This document shows positions 44,849-57,526 of a DNA stretch of 64,000 nucleotides, one piece after another. The stretch is from Hyaloraphidium curvatum SAG 235-1 (taxonomy: Eukaryota; Fungi; Monoblepharomycota): assembly GCA_025558095.1 (NCBI GenBank), contig JAIVFI010000022.1:1-64000 (forward strand). The letters are read 5' to 3'. Within the stretch, counting starts at the first letter, position 1. Each line of letters starts with the position of its first letter. Both the position numbers and the translations under genes were made by a program. The notes beneath the pieces were generated by a model that was not told where the DNA came from, did not search any database, and saw only the letters and a list, made by a program, of their open reading frames with translations.

Positions 44849-47800
44849 TCAAAGACCCTCCGCAAGAATCACGCCGCCATCCTCGGCCTCCCAAAACTTG
44901 TCGTCGTCGTCCTCCGATTCTGCGCTTTCCCCCCAGCTCCCCGCCACCTCCTTCGCACCCGCGATGTCCTCCGCCGCGGATCTGGGGTCCGCCGCATTCT
45001 CCGCAACGCGCCCCGTATCGGCGGCCGCGGCGGTGTCCTCGCTTCCCGGCCCTGCGCTCGCTTTAGAACCCGGCGGCGCGATCCCTGTTCCGTACCCGAG
45101 AGGCACCTTCGACAATCCCGGCGTCAACCCGATCCTCAACATCGCCTCGCTCCTGCGCCTGCCGCCGGAGAACACCTCCATCTCCATCTGTTCCGGCTCG
45201 GGCGAGCTCAGCAGGTCAGATGCCGCGTCGTTGTTGTCGTGCCCGGCGGAATCCAGCGCTGCGTCGGCCACCACGTTTTGATCGGAAAGGAGGATTATCG
45301 TCGAAGCTAGCGCCGGCGCAATGGCATCCGACACCGCGGCGGGGCTTCCCGCCAAGGGGCTTGGTACCGCGACCTTCGGCACCTCCCTGCCCGGAGCGCC
45401 CTTGCCCATTCCCACCGGGTCCGAGTACCTTTTGCGAACCACGGCGCTGGGGCCCTGCTCCTCTGGAGCCTTCGAGGATGCTGTTGGCGCAGCCGTAAGC
45501 TGCTCCGCTGGCGATCCCGTCCCAGCCTCCGGGCCCGGTCCCGTTCCGGTGTCCGCTTCTCCGACTTCGCGGCCAAATGTCGGCTTCGGCTTCTTTGGCC
45601 TTGCCGTAGCGCGCTCCGGTACCGAGATCGGGCCGAGTTGCGGCGGTCACAGCTCCCGGAACGTTACCCTCACGGCCTCCAGGAAGGCAACGGCGCGGTC
45701 GCGGGGGATGCGGGAGCCGCGCTCCCTGGGAGCGGAAGTCAGGTGGGGCCGCGGTACAGAACGGCGCGCTTAAGACTCACGTATCGCCGGCGTTGAATTG
45801 CTTGGCGAAAGCAAGGAGTTTTCTGGAGAAGCTCCTCATCTGAAATGTCGTCAGGATATCCGCGGGCACCAGCGTGGCACATGACAAGGGCCAGCTGCGC
45901 TCCAAGTCGAAGCGGACGAGGGGCGTGACTTGGTAAGCCTGCGGCGGAGTATCCAGTTCCGTGTCCACCAGCTCGTTGGGAGTGGCCTCGGCGTCATGCG
46001 GTGCCCGCGGCGCGGCGGCAGCTCCAGCGGCCACCGCCACCTTGATCTTGATCCGCTTGGGCGCGCGGGGCATAGCAATGGGACCGGGGCTCTGAGGCCA
46101 GAGACCCTGGAACTTCTGCCGCGCGGCCTTGAGGAATGCGGCCGCCCGATCAGGGACAATGTTGTACGAGAAAATCCTGATCGGGAGCCAATCAGCCGAG
46201 CTGACGGAGAGGATGAGCAGACACGATACAAGGTACCCACCTCTCGCTACCGTTGAACCGTGCCGCAAAGTTGCGGAGGTTCTGCTGGAAATTTGGGCGC
46301 CGCAGGTTCGCCTGGACGTCCGCGGGGAGCACGGCAGCCCCAGTGCCCCGCCAGCTCACCTCGACGTCGTGGCGGACGAGGGCCAGCACCTTGAACGGCT
46401 GCTTGCCGGCGTCCGCTGCGCCCGCGTTCGCCTCGGCCACTTCCGCTCCGGCTGCCTTGGGCTTGGGCGTCCGCTCCGCGGCCGCATTCCGCTCCTTGAT
46501 CGGCCTAAGTTCCGTCGGCTTGCCGACCTGCAGCGCCTCCAGCTCCCGCACCCTCCTCTCCGCCTTTTCCGCGCGCACCTCTGCATCTGCCGCCCGCACC
46601 GCGAGCGCCGCCTTGGTCGCCTCGAGCGCGGCGATCTGCTGCGCCGCCTGGGCGGCCTCGGTTCGCTGAAGCTCGGCTATCGATCCATCGGCCTGCCGGA
46701 GCACAGTCTCCAGGGATCCCCCGAGCTCCCGGATTTGCTCCTCGAACGAGATTTTGGCGGCGACGACCTGGTCCCAGGATCCAGCCCGAAGGTCGGCCGC
46801 GTCCGCGCGGAGCTTGAGGGCCCGCTGCTCCGCCTTGGCCTGCCGCGCTTCGTCCTCAATCGCCTCGGCGCGCTTCTTGAGCACGTCGATCTCCTCGTCA
46901 CGCTTGCGAAGATCCTCCGAGAGCTTTCCCAGCTCTGCGCGGTCCGCCTCGTGCGCAGCGTGCAGCTTCCCGACCTCGGCCACCGATGCTTCCAGGGCCG
47001 TCTTGCGAAACACCGCTTCCGTCGCCAGACGCTGTCCTTCTGCCCTAGCAGCGGCGGCCTCCTTTTCTGCGGCATCGGCGCGGCGCAGGGACGCGTCGGC
47101 ACGGGTCTCGGCGGCCTCCTTGGCGGTCAGCAGGCCTGCGGCCTCAGTTTCGAGCTCATCGCGCTCGGCCATCACGCGTTCGAGCTCCTGGCATCAAGAG
47201 GAGGGTCAGCGAGGGTTGCGATGGCGCAAACGCTCAGATTACCGCCTCGAGCTCGCGGATCCTGGCTTCGAGGGCGGCGTTCCCGCCCGCACCCGTCCTC
47301 GCGGCCGGACCATTCTTGATCGACTTCTTGGCATCCTCCCCGTCCGATAAGGCGGTCAGATCCACAGTCTCGACAGGCTTCGCCGGCGGCTTGCAATCCC
47401 CCGCCGCGGGCCTGGCCCGCTTCGCTTCCCGTTCGCCTTCCGGGCTGCGGGACTCCAATGCGCGCTTCTGCCCGACACTTCCCGCCTCGCTGCTTGCCGA
47501 CCGCACGTAATCCGCCTTCAAAGGCACCTCGATCCTGCGAATGAATAGTCCATTGGCGGGGGCCCGGCGAGGGGGATCCGGCCACCCACGTCTTCGGCTT
47601 GTCCCCCTCCGCCATCCTCAGCATCACGCGGACCTTTCTCTCCCTCAGCAGCCTCCCCGCGTGGGCGACCGCCGCGTCCTTGAGCTTCCGCACGCGCGCA
47701 GGCAGCCACGCGTTGCCCTTGCCCTCCGGGCGGACCTCGGCGCGTGCATCGGCGGCCAGGCCGTGGGATTCGAGCAGGGCAATGTAAGTGGAGAGCGCAT

Positions 47801-47855
47801 CGTCCATTTTGGAGCACTCGGCGTCCGACGGCCGGGCACCGCGGGCCGATGCCAT
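44849..47855 (-). CDS. Hypothetical multi-exon coiled-coil protein with possible N-terminal Tudor/Agenet-like domain
   Basis: AEVRPEGKGNAWLPARV..KVRV; long Glu/Ala/Arg coiled coil at about 46500-47190; GT-AG introns near 47590, 47240, 46240 and 45780. Confidence 0.55.
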
Positions 47856-48331
47856 GGAGTGCGGGTCGGGGGTCCGAGCGCAACGAGAAGACGGAGACGC
47901 TTTGGAGCGCTTGCACACAACCCAGCCGATCGGACGCCAAAGAAGAATATCATGCAATGCATTTCGGAACAATGAATCCAGCACATGGGCTGAAACTGTG
48001 ATTGAGCATCCTTGTAGCAGGTTTGGCGGCCGGAGAACGGGGGGAAAACCTCTGGTCTTGCGGTGACCCCAGTGCCTTAGCATTCGGGGGACAATATTCG
48101 TGCGAGGTGTCACATGGCATCTATCTCTTGCTGCGCCCGATGGAATTCCGCGGCTTTAGGGGAACTTTCCCCCGTTTGTGGCGCGGTGCTGCGCCGAGCG
48201 TCCCTCCGAAGCCGCCGAATCCCGTCCACCAAAAGAGCAAAAGGACGTCTCCCGCCGTCGCCGACCTCCATTCACCCTTCACCGGGCTCGGAAACCACTT
48301 GCAAGAGCACTCGTGACAAGGCCGGACCGCG

Positions 48332-50112
48332 ATGCACCCCGCTGCTGCGCTGCTTGCCCTCGCGGGTGCCGCGCTGGCGCTCGCCCTGCCCGCCGCCGCC
48401 GGCACCGTCAACGGGCACGAGGTCCTCGTCCGCCCGCCCAACTCGATGCGGGAGAATGCGATGGGCACCGCGCACGTCGACCAGGCGGTGCTGGACGCCG
48501 CAGCCCGGAGGAGGCTCGCGAGGCGGGGCAACAATGCGGCGGCGAACTACAAGTACTCCCTGTGGGCCCCCTGTTGCTCCCCGTCGGAGAGCGCATGGCC
48601 AGGCTAATCGCGCCCATTGCCGTCATCAGACAAACGGACTGCTACGGCGCCTTTGTCCCGACGCCGGGGGAGTCGACCTTCGAGGCCAACTCGGCCGATC
48701 CGTTCCTGCAGCCCTTCAAGCCGTACAAGTGCCCCGAGGGCACCTTCTGCCTGGTTGACGTCCGCGACAACTGGAGGCCTTTTGTGAGCTCCTTCGTCGA
48801 GTTCCTTCGTTGCCCGAAAGCCTGACCGTTCCGTCGCGCCAGTCCTCCAACTTCATGAACCGCGGTCGCTGCCAGGCCTACTCGCAGGAAGGCGACTCGT
48901 GCACCTCCCCCTACACCGGCCCCGCCTTCCACCCCATCCAGGCCGACGGCACCTACTTCAAGCGCGGCACCTACTGCGACCCCGCGGGCCTCGAATGCAC
49001 CGGCGACACCGTCGCCGTACTCCCCCCCACCTGCGTGCAGCGCCGGCCCAAGGGCGTGTGCTACACCAACTCCATCCAGGGCTGGTCCCGCACCGGGTTC
49101 GACCCCGCCAACGTGGCCAACCTCCCCGGCTCGGACATGTGGTGCCCGTCCTCGGCGGGCCGGGCTCCCAACCGGACCGAGATCGAGTTTGCCGCGCGGT
49201 ACTTCCTCTCCCAGAACGGGGAGAACGCGGTGGCCAACAACCAGAGCCAGATGGAGATGGTGCCCGTGCCGGCGGGGGCGGGGATCGTCAACTTCTACGG
49301 CGGCGCGCAGGCGGGGAACTGGAGGGTCGGGAACGAGCTCCTGCTGGAGGTTTGGCCGTGGCCGGTCTGCTTCAAGGCAGACGGTAGCTGCCCGGCGCCG
49401 GGTGGAAAGTGCGTCAAGACCGACTGCACGTCGTTCCCGCTCGGCGCCCTGCCGGCCCCCTTCCTGGCGGGCACCATGAACTACATTTACCTCTGTGGGT
49501 CTTCACCTAACACCTGGCCTTCCCTTCCTCACCCCCTCGCCTCGCAGGGGCCCTCTTCCACACCTTGGTCCACAACGCTCCCGATCTCCCCACCCCTCGC
49601 CAGCTCCGCGCCGTCGACGGCCTGGCCTTCCTGCTCAAGCAGACGCACGCCTGCGTATTCTGCCGGTGGAACTTTGGCGAACTCGTGGACATCTACGGCC
49701 CGCCGTCGCGCGGCTCTGAGCCCGGGAACGCGGGGACGCGGGAGGGGCTGGCCAAGTGGTTCTGGCGCGCGCACAACAACGCTAACGAGTGGGATTTCGA
49801 CTTTTGCCTGTCGCACCGGATGAGCTGACCCTCGCTCATCCAGGCACGCGAGGATCACCCACCGCACATCCGACGCCCTCGCCTGCGCGCCGGACGACGA
49901 GTTCTGCGTGGGCTGGGACGTGTGCCAGAACGCGGGCAACCCCGAGGGGCTCATGTGCAACGCTGCCGGGAAGGCAACGGTGTTTGAGGTGGGACCGGTG
50001 GGGGCGCGGGCGGGTTCGGATCGGGTGCTGACTGGGTCTCCAGAACCCGTCCTACACGAGCCCGTGGTTCCTCGCGTGGGAGGACGCCGAGGACATCTGG
50101 CGCTTCAAGTGA
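48332..50112 (+). CDS. Secreted Cys-rich protein with C-terminal ERV/ALR (QSOX-type) sulfhydryl oxidase domain, multi-exon
   Basis: Signal peptide; the spliced product (intron 49495-49547) gives YLWALFHTL...HACVFCRWNF...KWFWRAHNNAN. Confidence 0.7.
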
Positions 50113-50665
50113 AAACATATTTAGCCGAGTGGAGCGGTGTGGAGCGGGGCAAACAGGCGCGGAAATGTACGGCTGGTTTGGGATCCGAAGGGGTCCTCGA
50201 ACAGCGCGGCGGTGGCCCGGACGTAAACACCCGCCCAAACAACGAGCGTCCCGCCCAGCCCCGCGCCATCGGGGACCAAAGCGGCGCCATCGGTGCGAGC
50301 AAAGAGCTCAAAAGGTCAGTGCTGGGCTGCCCGGCGGCGCACTGTCCCGCGCCGGGTTCCGCCGGTGTTTGCGAGCGCCGCTGACAGCCGGTCTTCCGCC
50401 CTCCGCTCCGCTCGACGCCGTTCCCGCTCATCGCCCGGCTCGTCGGACCCGTTTTCCGATCGGCGGCTGCTTTGTTTCGACCGATTCGCTGGACTTGGCT
50501 CTTTCCCGGCGTTGCCCCGGCTTGCCCGGAATTCGGGTCGGGACCTCCCTGCCCAACTTGCCGCGGCCTTCGTTTTCCCTTTCGGTGCCAACCACATCTG
50601 TTTTCGACTCTTTCGGGTGTCGCAGCCAGCTGCCAGAGGACCACCGGACGCCGCCCCTCCCCGCC

Positions 50666-52186
50666 ATGCCCTCCCTCCGCGCCGCCGCCTCGGCGGCCGC
50701 CGCCCTCCTCCTCGCCGCCTCCTCCGCCCTCCCCGCCTCTGCACAGGCCGGCGGCCGCCCCGGCGTTCCCGTCTACTGCTGGCAGGGCTCCTCCTACGTC
50801 AACATCACCTCGCAGACGGACGACCGCGTGTGCGCGGACCTGTACGTCGTCTCGCCCGACAAGAACCCGACCTCCAACTACTGGGAGACGCGGATGACGA
50901 TCGAGGGGCTGGTGCTGCAAAACAGCACGATCACCAACATCTGGCGGTTCGACCCCGTGCCCGGGGCGCCGGGGTCGCCGTCGCCCGACTCGGTGATCGG
51001 CCAGTATAAGATCCGCAGCTGGGACGTGCTCAGGCCGCAGGTGCCGTTCCGGGCCCTGTCGCTGTGCGGGACGATCAACTTCAACCACTGGGGATTCTCG
51101 ACGGTGGGTTATGATGGCCTGCCGCCCGGCCTGCCAGTCTGACGTAGTTCCCCCCATCCGCAGTCCCGCAACATCATCTCCTCCGACGGCGGCCACATCT
51201 GTGAGCTCTCCTGCGCCGCCCCCCTGACCGACGGCTTCGGCTCGGGCTGCGTGTGGGGCAACTGGTCCGACACCGACTGCGGCTGCCGGTGCAACCCCGG
51301 GTTCTGCGCCAACCCCATCACGGGCCAGTGCACGGTGCAGCAGGGCGTGGACACGGAGAACAACAGACCCATCAGCTGCTCGATCGGTGGGTTGCTGCCG
51401 TCCGGAACTCCGATTCGGAATGCCGACCCGCCCTTGATGGCAGCCGGCTCCGGCATCCAGCTCGACCCCGAAGGGCAGCCCGTGGGCCCCGCCACGGCCG
51501 AGGCCCCCAAGACGACCTCCGCCGCCGCTCCCGCGACCACCTCGCGCGCCGCCGCCGCGACCACCTCCCGCGCCACCTCTGCCGCCCCCGCGCCCACCTC
51601 GGCCCCGGCTTCCGCCCCGCCCGCCGGCTCGACCGCCAGCGAGGCCACGCCTCCGCTGATCGTCGTCACCACCTCCACCCCCAACCCCGAGCCCGCCCCC
51701 AGCAAGGGCCTCAGCGCCGCGGCGATCGGCGGGATGATCGCCGGCGCCGTCGCCGTCGCCGCGATCCTCGTGGGCTTCGTCCTGTGGCGCCGCGTGTCGG
51801 CCAACCCCGCGGCCAAGACCATCTCCAAGGGGCGGAAGGAGGAGGCGCTGGAGGAGGGCAAGCCCGGGGACGCGCCGGCCCCGACCACCGCCAAGGCGTC
51901 GTCGCCAAAGGCGTCCAAGGTCGCCCCCGAGGCGGTCCCCGCCTTGGTCCCCGTCTCGGCGGCTACCATGCCCCGCGACCCCGCGTCGCCGATCAGCCCC
52001 GCCATGTCGGACCGCGGCGTCTCGCCGGTCACCTACACCCCGCTGTACCAGGTGGCCCCGGCGGTCAGCCCCGCGGGCGCGGATGCGGCGGCGGAGGGGG
52101 TGATGTTCGACAGCGGGGAGGACAACCTGATGAGCGGGGACAGCCTGCTGCCCAGCGAGGCCGAGGTCGTGGGCAGGAGGGAGTAG
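50666..52186 (+). CDS. Type I membrane protein (signal peptide, Cys-rich ectodomain, Ser/Thr stalk, TM), intron 51104-51163
   Basis: GLSAAAIGGMIAGAVAVAAILVGFVLWRR TM segment; in-frame splice. Confidence 0.75.
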
Positions 52187-52392
52187 GCGGGACAGAGGAG
52201 AGGATGGGCCCGTCGGGCCCGACGATACCAGGGAGGCGAGGGACACATGTAGCGTACCACGGGGGCTATACCGGCCGCATGTATTCTGATTTTGGACAAC
52301 GAAGAGGAGGACAACGAAGCGGAGAGGGACCCGTCCACACCGAGCTGTCCGTCGATAGACAAAGGTCCTCAGTTGGCAGTTCACGAGACATT

Positions 52393-55300
52393 TCACTGAT
52401 CGGGCTCCAAAGACACGTCCGAGCCCTGCTTCCCCTTGTGCACAACACGAGATGGGCGACCGCCCGCCTCCTCCGCACTCGCAGCCTTCGGCTTCGTCCC
52501 CGCTTCCTCGAACCCGGCGTCGGAACGCCGCCTTCCCTTGCCAACGATCCGCGAGCTGGGCAGCCCATCGTCCCGCTCCGCGGCAACGTCCCCGACCGCG
52601 TCCTCGTGCTCGCCGTGGACCTTGATCCCCTGCTTGCCCTTGCCCACGATCCGCGACGGCGCCTCGGGATCGTCGGGGTCGAGCTCCCGCGCCTGCGAAC
52701 CCTCTTCGCTGCCCGCGTCCAGCGCGACCTGGCCCGAGCCGTTGCCCCTGTCGCTTCCGGCGGTCCGCTTCTGCAGGCTCTCGACATGCTTGTCCTTCTC
52801 GCCCGTCCGCGCAGCAGTGACGGGCGCGCCGCTCGCGGGATCCACCTCTGTAGGACCCACCGCGCCCTCCTCCCTCCCCGACGTCGGGGGGTTTAGGGGC
52901 GGGACCCGCTGCTTGGCCTTGCTGAGAATCCGGGACGGAGGCGGTACGCCCTGCGCGGGTTCGCGCACGGGTTCGGCGTCCGAGGGTTTGTCCGCGAGCT
53001 CCTCGATCCCCTGCTTGCCCTTCCCAACGATTCGCGCCTCCGGAGATTCGGCCGCCATCGCGGCCCCGTCCACGGATTCCGAAGGCGCAGGGGCAGCCTC
53101 CTCATCCCCGGTGCGCCGCGCCGCGCGCGACGCCGACGCACCCTTGCGGGCCCTCTGCGGACGGAGCCGCTTCCTCGGCTTGGCCAGCGCGCTTGCCGAT
53201 CCCGAGTCGCCCGCCGCCGGCCCCGAGTCCCTCCCCGCACGCGCGGCCTGGTTCACGGCCGATCCTCTCTCCGCGGGCGCCGTGATCGACCCCGACCCTG
53301 CGTCCGAGCCATCCCCAGCATCCGCGGCCGGCCGGACATCCTGCGCCGGCTCCTCCTTGGGCGGATGCTCCCGATCCCACGCCTCGACCACCCCCCTGCA
53401 CACGCCCCACCCGCCCCTCGCCCCCCCACCCCCGTCCGCCAGCTCCTCCCGCATGGGACACACCTCCCCCGCCTCCGCATCGTAGACAACGCCCTCCTTC
53501 GACTCGTCCACCTCGCGCTGCGCGCCCCACGCCGCCGCGCGCCTCCACCGGTGCGTCCGCCCGGCGACGTGCATCGCCACGCGGCACTTCCACGGCACGT
53601 TCGCCATCCGCTCCAGATCGACCCACGTGTCCTGGAACGGGTGCTTCTTCCACTCCAGCAGCCGCTCGTAGGCGGCGTCGTCGGCCATGAGCTCCTCCAG
53701 GCGCCTGGCCAGCGCCCCGAGATCCGGAAAGCTCTTGAGGAGGACGATCCCCGTGCGGTTGGGAACCTTGTGCAGCACCTCCGGGTCGCCGTAGTACACG
53801 GGCACCGCGCCGGCCGTGAGCACCTGGTACAGCTTCTCGGTCACGTAGTCCTTTGCTTCCGAGTTTTCCACGACGAGGGCAAACCGGTAGCCCGCCGTGA
53901 GGTTCATCTTGACGTCCCACCCTGATTTGCCCGCCAGCTCCGGGGGAGGGTCGGCGTTGTGCCCGCAGCCCCCGTACGAGTGGAGCTTCCCGTCCAGAAG
54001 GGCGGTGAGGTTCGCGAGGATGGCCTCGCGGCCGTTGCGGGAGCCGCAGTTGGAAACAAAGGCCGACATGACGGCGTCGGTGCGCTTGGCCGAGAGGGGG
54101 AGGGGGGGCTGGCGGAGGCGGTAGTAGGGGGGGTCGAAGTAGGTCTGGGGGATGTCGGAATCGAAGCGGTAGGTGGCGGAGATGTTGAACCTCCCGTGTT
54201 CCTGGACGGGGGGGGGGGGGGGGGACCGATCAGCTTCCATGCGGCGACAAGCCGGCGCCCTCCGTTCCCACCTTGCCGTGGACGAAATCGGGGTAGTACC
54301 CCTCCGACTCGCCCGTGTACCCCACCGTCGCCCCCCTCCCGCACGCCCAATCCAGCGACCCGAACGGCGGCGGCGACCCGTGCCTGAGCATCTCGTACAC
54401 CCGCACATCCGAGGTCGCGCAGTCGTCCCAGAAGGTCCAGGGGACGGAGCAGTTGTACTTTTCGGGGGCGTCGCGCGAGCCGCGGGTGCCCATGCAGAGG
54501 CGGATGGGGTCGGAGGTGAGGTTGCGCAGGGGGGACGAGGGGGGCGGGGGGCAGGAGGGTAGGGGTGGGGCGGTGGCGTCCGTGGTGGGTGTGCCGGGCG
54601 GGAGGCGGGTGACTGCGGGTTTGGTGGAGGGCTGGTCCGAGTCCGCCGGCGCCGAGTCGCCTTCCTGCTCGGCCTTTTTCGGCTCGCCCGCCTCCATCGA
54701 CTCGGCCACCTCCTTCGGGTCGTGCTCCTTGGAATGCTCCTCGGGAGGAATGTCCGGGCGGGGCACGCTTGCCTTGGGCTCCTTCGGATCCGCGACGGGC
54801 TTGGAGCCATCCGCCGGCTTCTCCGACTCCTTGTCCGACTGCAAGTCCGACCCGGAACTTTGCGAAATGGTACCCGAGGTGCCAGAACCCTTGTTCTTCG
54901 GCGCGGCCTCCACCCCGTCGTCCTTGGTCTCGGCAGAGGGGGGCTTCGTCTGTCCATCGTCGTCCGCCCGTTTGTCTTCGGCAGCCTTCTCCTCCGATTC
55001 CTCCTTCGCCTTCGAGCTGCCCATTTCCTTCCCCACTTCAACCTGCTCGCCATCGTCCGACGGCGGTTTTGCCCCCGCAGACTCATCGTCCGAGTCGCCC
55101 GGCTCGTCCTTGGGAAGCGGAGGCGCCCCTGCCCCGTCCATGGCCAGCTTCCGGCCCGCTGTCGCACCCCCCGGCAGCTTGAGCACCGGCTTCTGTATGT
55201 CCGCGTCCACGGCATTCGCCCCCTCCCAGTCGTCGGCAATCCGCGGCCTGGGCCCCGTGGGCGGCCCGTCCCCGCCGACGAACACCGCCTTCCCCCTGCC

Positions 55301-55705
55301 CCCGGGGCCCTTCCTGCGGCCGCCCATCCTCAGTGGGCCCCTTTGTGGCGGACCCCTCGGTGCCGGTATTTCGGGGGCAGCTTCGTCCTCCTGGTCGGCC
55401 AGCACGGCCATCGGGTGCCGCTGCGGGGGCGGCGGCGGCACGGCGGGCAGCGCCGGCCCGCCCAGCGCCGCCCTCTTGACAGGCGAAGCGCTGCCCGCCG
55501 TCCACTCCGTCCAGCCGCCGCGCGCGCCGAGCCACGCGGGCCCCGCCTGCCACGCAAAGTCGGCCGCGACCGCGACCGCGAACGCCACGGCGAGCCACCG
55601 CGCGGGGCCCGCGAACCGCCGCCGCGGCGGCTCGACGTCGGCCGCGTACGCGAGCTGCTCGGCACGGCGCGCACTTTTGGCGCGCTCCTCGTCGGCAGCG
55701 ACCAT
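52393..55705 (-). CDS. Glycosyltransferase family 10 (alpha-1,3-fucosyltransferase-like), type II membrane, intron 54202-54271
   Basis: ATYRFDSDIP, FVSNC, YRFALVVENSEAKDYVTEKLYQVLTAGAVPVYYG, YERLLEWKK; N-terminal TM and long acidic stem. Confidence 0.9.
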
Positions 55706-55941
55706 TATTGGGTGGGCGGTTGGCGTGTGATTCTAGCACCGCACAGGGCCCGACCCCGATCGGCCCCCGCCCGACTCGAATGCGACAACCAGGACGCCAG
55801 GGGCACAATTGATCGACCCGGTGATCCATCAACACTCAAAATGTACATGCGATGCAGCAGACCCGCTTAGTGGGGTCGTAGGATGCCCGGTTGACGCCCC
55901 ATCCGGTCGCCCCGCAACGCCACCCCGGAGGCCCTGCGGGC

Positions 55942-56915
55942 CTACTCATCCTCGCCATCCCCCCCGGCCTGCCCCAGCCGCTCCTGCTGCTCCTCGTAGC
56001 CCTCCTCCCCGGGGTCCAGGATCTCGAACTTCTTGCTGTCGGCGTCGTCCTCGGACGACACCGGCACGGCCGAGATGGCGGACTGCGCCGACGAGCACGA
56101 GCCGATGCGGGGGAAGCGCGCCTTGTGCTTGGAGACCGGGTCGGGCGGGCCGAGCATTCTGCGTGGCGCGGGAGCGGAGGTGAGTGGAAGGTGCACAAGC
56201 GAGTCCCCGGCCGGCCACGTACAGGCACCCGTCCTTGGGCGCCTTGTCCCCCTGCTTCTTTGCCCCCGCCAGCCCCCTGCGCCCCATCCTCCCCTTGCCC
56301 TCCTTCTTCTCCCTGGCCTCCCTCTCCTTGGCATCCTTTCTCAGCTTTTCCGCCGCCGCCTTGAGCTTGGCCGCCTCTTCCGCCGCCCGCTCGGCCTCCT
56401 CGGCCGCCTCGCTCCACACCCTCTCGTCACCGTTGGCGGTCCCAAAGTTCCAAAGGCAGGATGGGGTGTAGCATTCCTCCAGGTTTCCGCTGCACCGTCG
56501 GCGGGAGGTCAGCTTTCTCCGGTCCGCGGCCCCCGCCCCGTGGCACCCACAAAGGCATGATCGCCACCTCCCCCTCCTCCTTCTTCCCCCCCTCCTCCCC
56601 CGCACACACGCAGACCTCCTTCCCGTTGTTCAGGAACTTGGGCAGCACCTGCCCCGTCGAGAAGAGGCGGAAGTGCTGGTGCGGGTCGTCCGGGTCGCAT
56701 GCGCGGAAGCCCAGGCCCGAGGGGCCGAACCGCAGGCACTGCGCGGAGGAGTGGCGGAGGAGGTGGAAGGAGGACATGGCGGTAACTTTGGGTTTGGTGG
56801 ACGCGGCGGCCCGGGCGAGGGGGAGCAGCGCGAGGAGGGCGAGGGCGAGCAGCGGGGGGAGGGGGGCGCGGCGGCGCGTGCCGCCTGAGGATCTCGAGGT
56901 CGGTGGGCGCGGCAT
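55942..56915 (-). CDS. Secreted protein with ricin-B-like (beta-trefoil) Cys pattern, 3 exons
   Basis: Signal peptide; three C-hydrophobic...C units (QCLRFG..RACDPDDPHQHF; VCVCA..LCSG..LWNF; GCLMLG..IGSC) with a charged helical insert. Confidence 0.5.
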
Positions 56916-57526
56916 CGCGGCGGCGCGCGGAGGATGCGCGGGGGGGCGCCGATGCCGGAGACGAGACGGGTGCGGCGAAAGCGGGTCCAGGGCCGGAGGT
57001 CCGGGCGACCGTGCGGAATGGGCGATCGAAGCCAGGGGCTTTGGCCCGGGAGGAACCCCTGGGGGGACAAAGGACAGCGGAAGATGGGATTGTCGTGTTG
57101 CGGTCGATGCGACGATGGGATGCGGCGATCGACGTGGCGTAGCGGCCGGACCGCGGCGCAGAGGAGGACCGTGGGATGTGGCAACGGCATCGCGCCGGCG
57201 GAGCCGCGGCATGCTGCCCTTGTGGGGAAATGAGGCAGTATGTCGCGGGAAAGCTCGCGGTTGAGCGCGGTCGTGGGCCTTTTTTTCGTGGACGGTTCAA
57301 AAGGACGGCGCCCCCGACCGTCCACCAGGCGAGGGACGACGGCAGGCAAAACCGATATGAACTCAGCAACAAAACAAAAGTAATCGGCTCGGCCAGAGAG
57401 CGCGTCGCCGCTTTAATGTCTCGGAAGTGACCGCTCTGCTGCCCCGCCGTCGGTCCCCGGTGACCCCTCAAAGCACGTCCGTACTGCGCTGGACCCCCTA
57501 ACGTTTCTAGATTGGACCAAGTGCTA

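Noticed and set aside
54208-54224. G17 run / possible G-quadruplex
   Set aside because: It is the poly-C pyrimidine tract of intron 54202-54271 on the minus strand.
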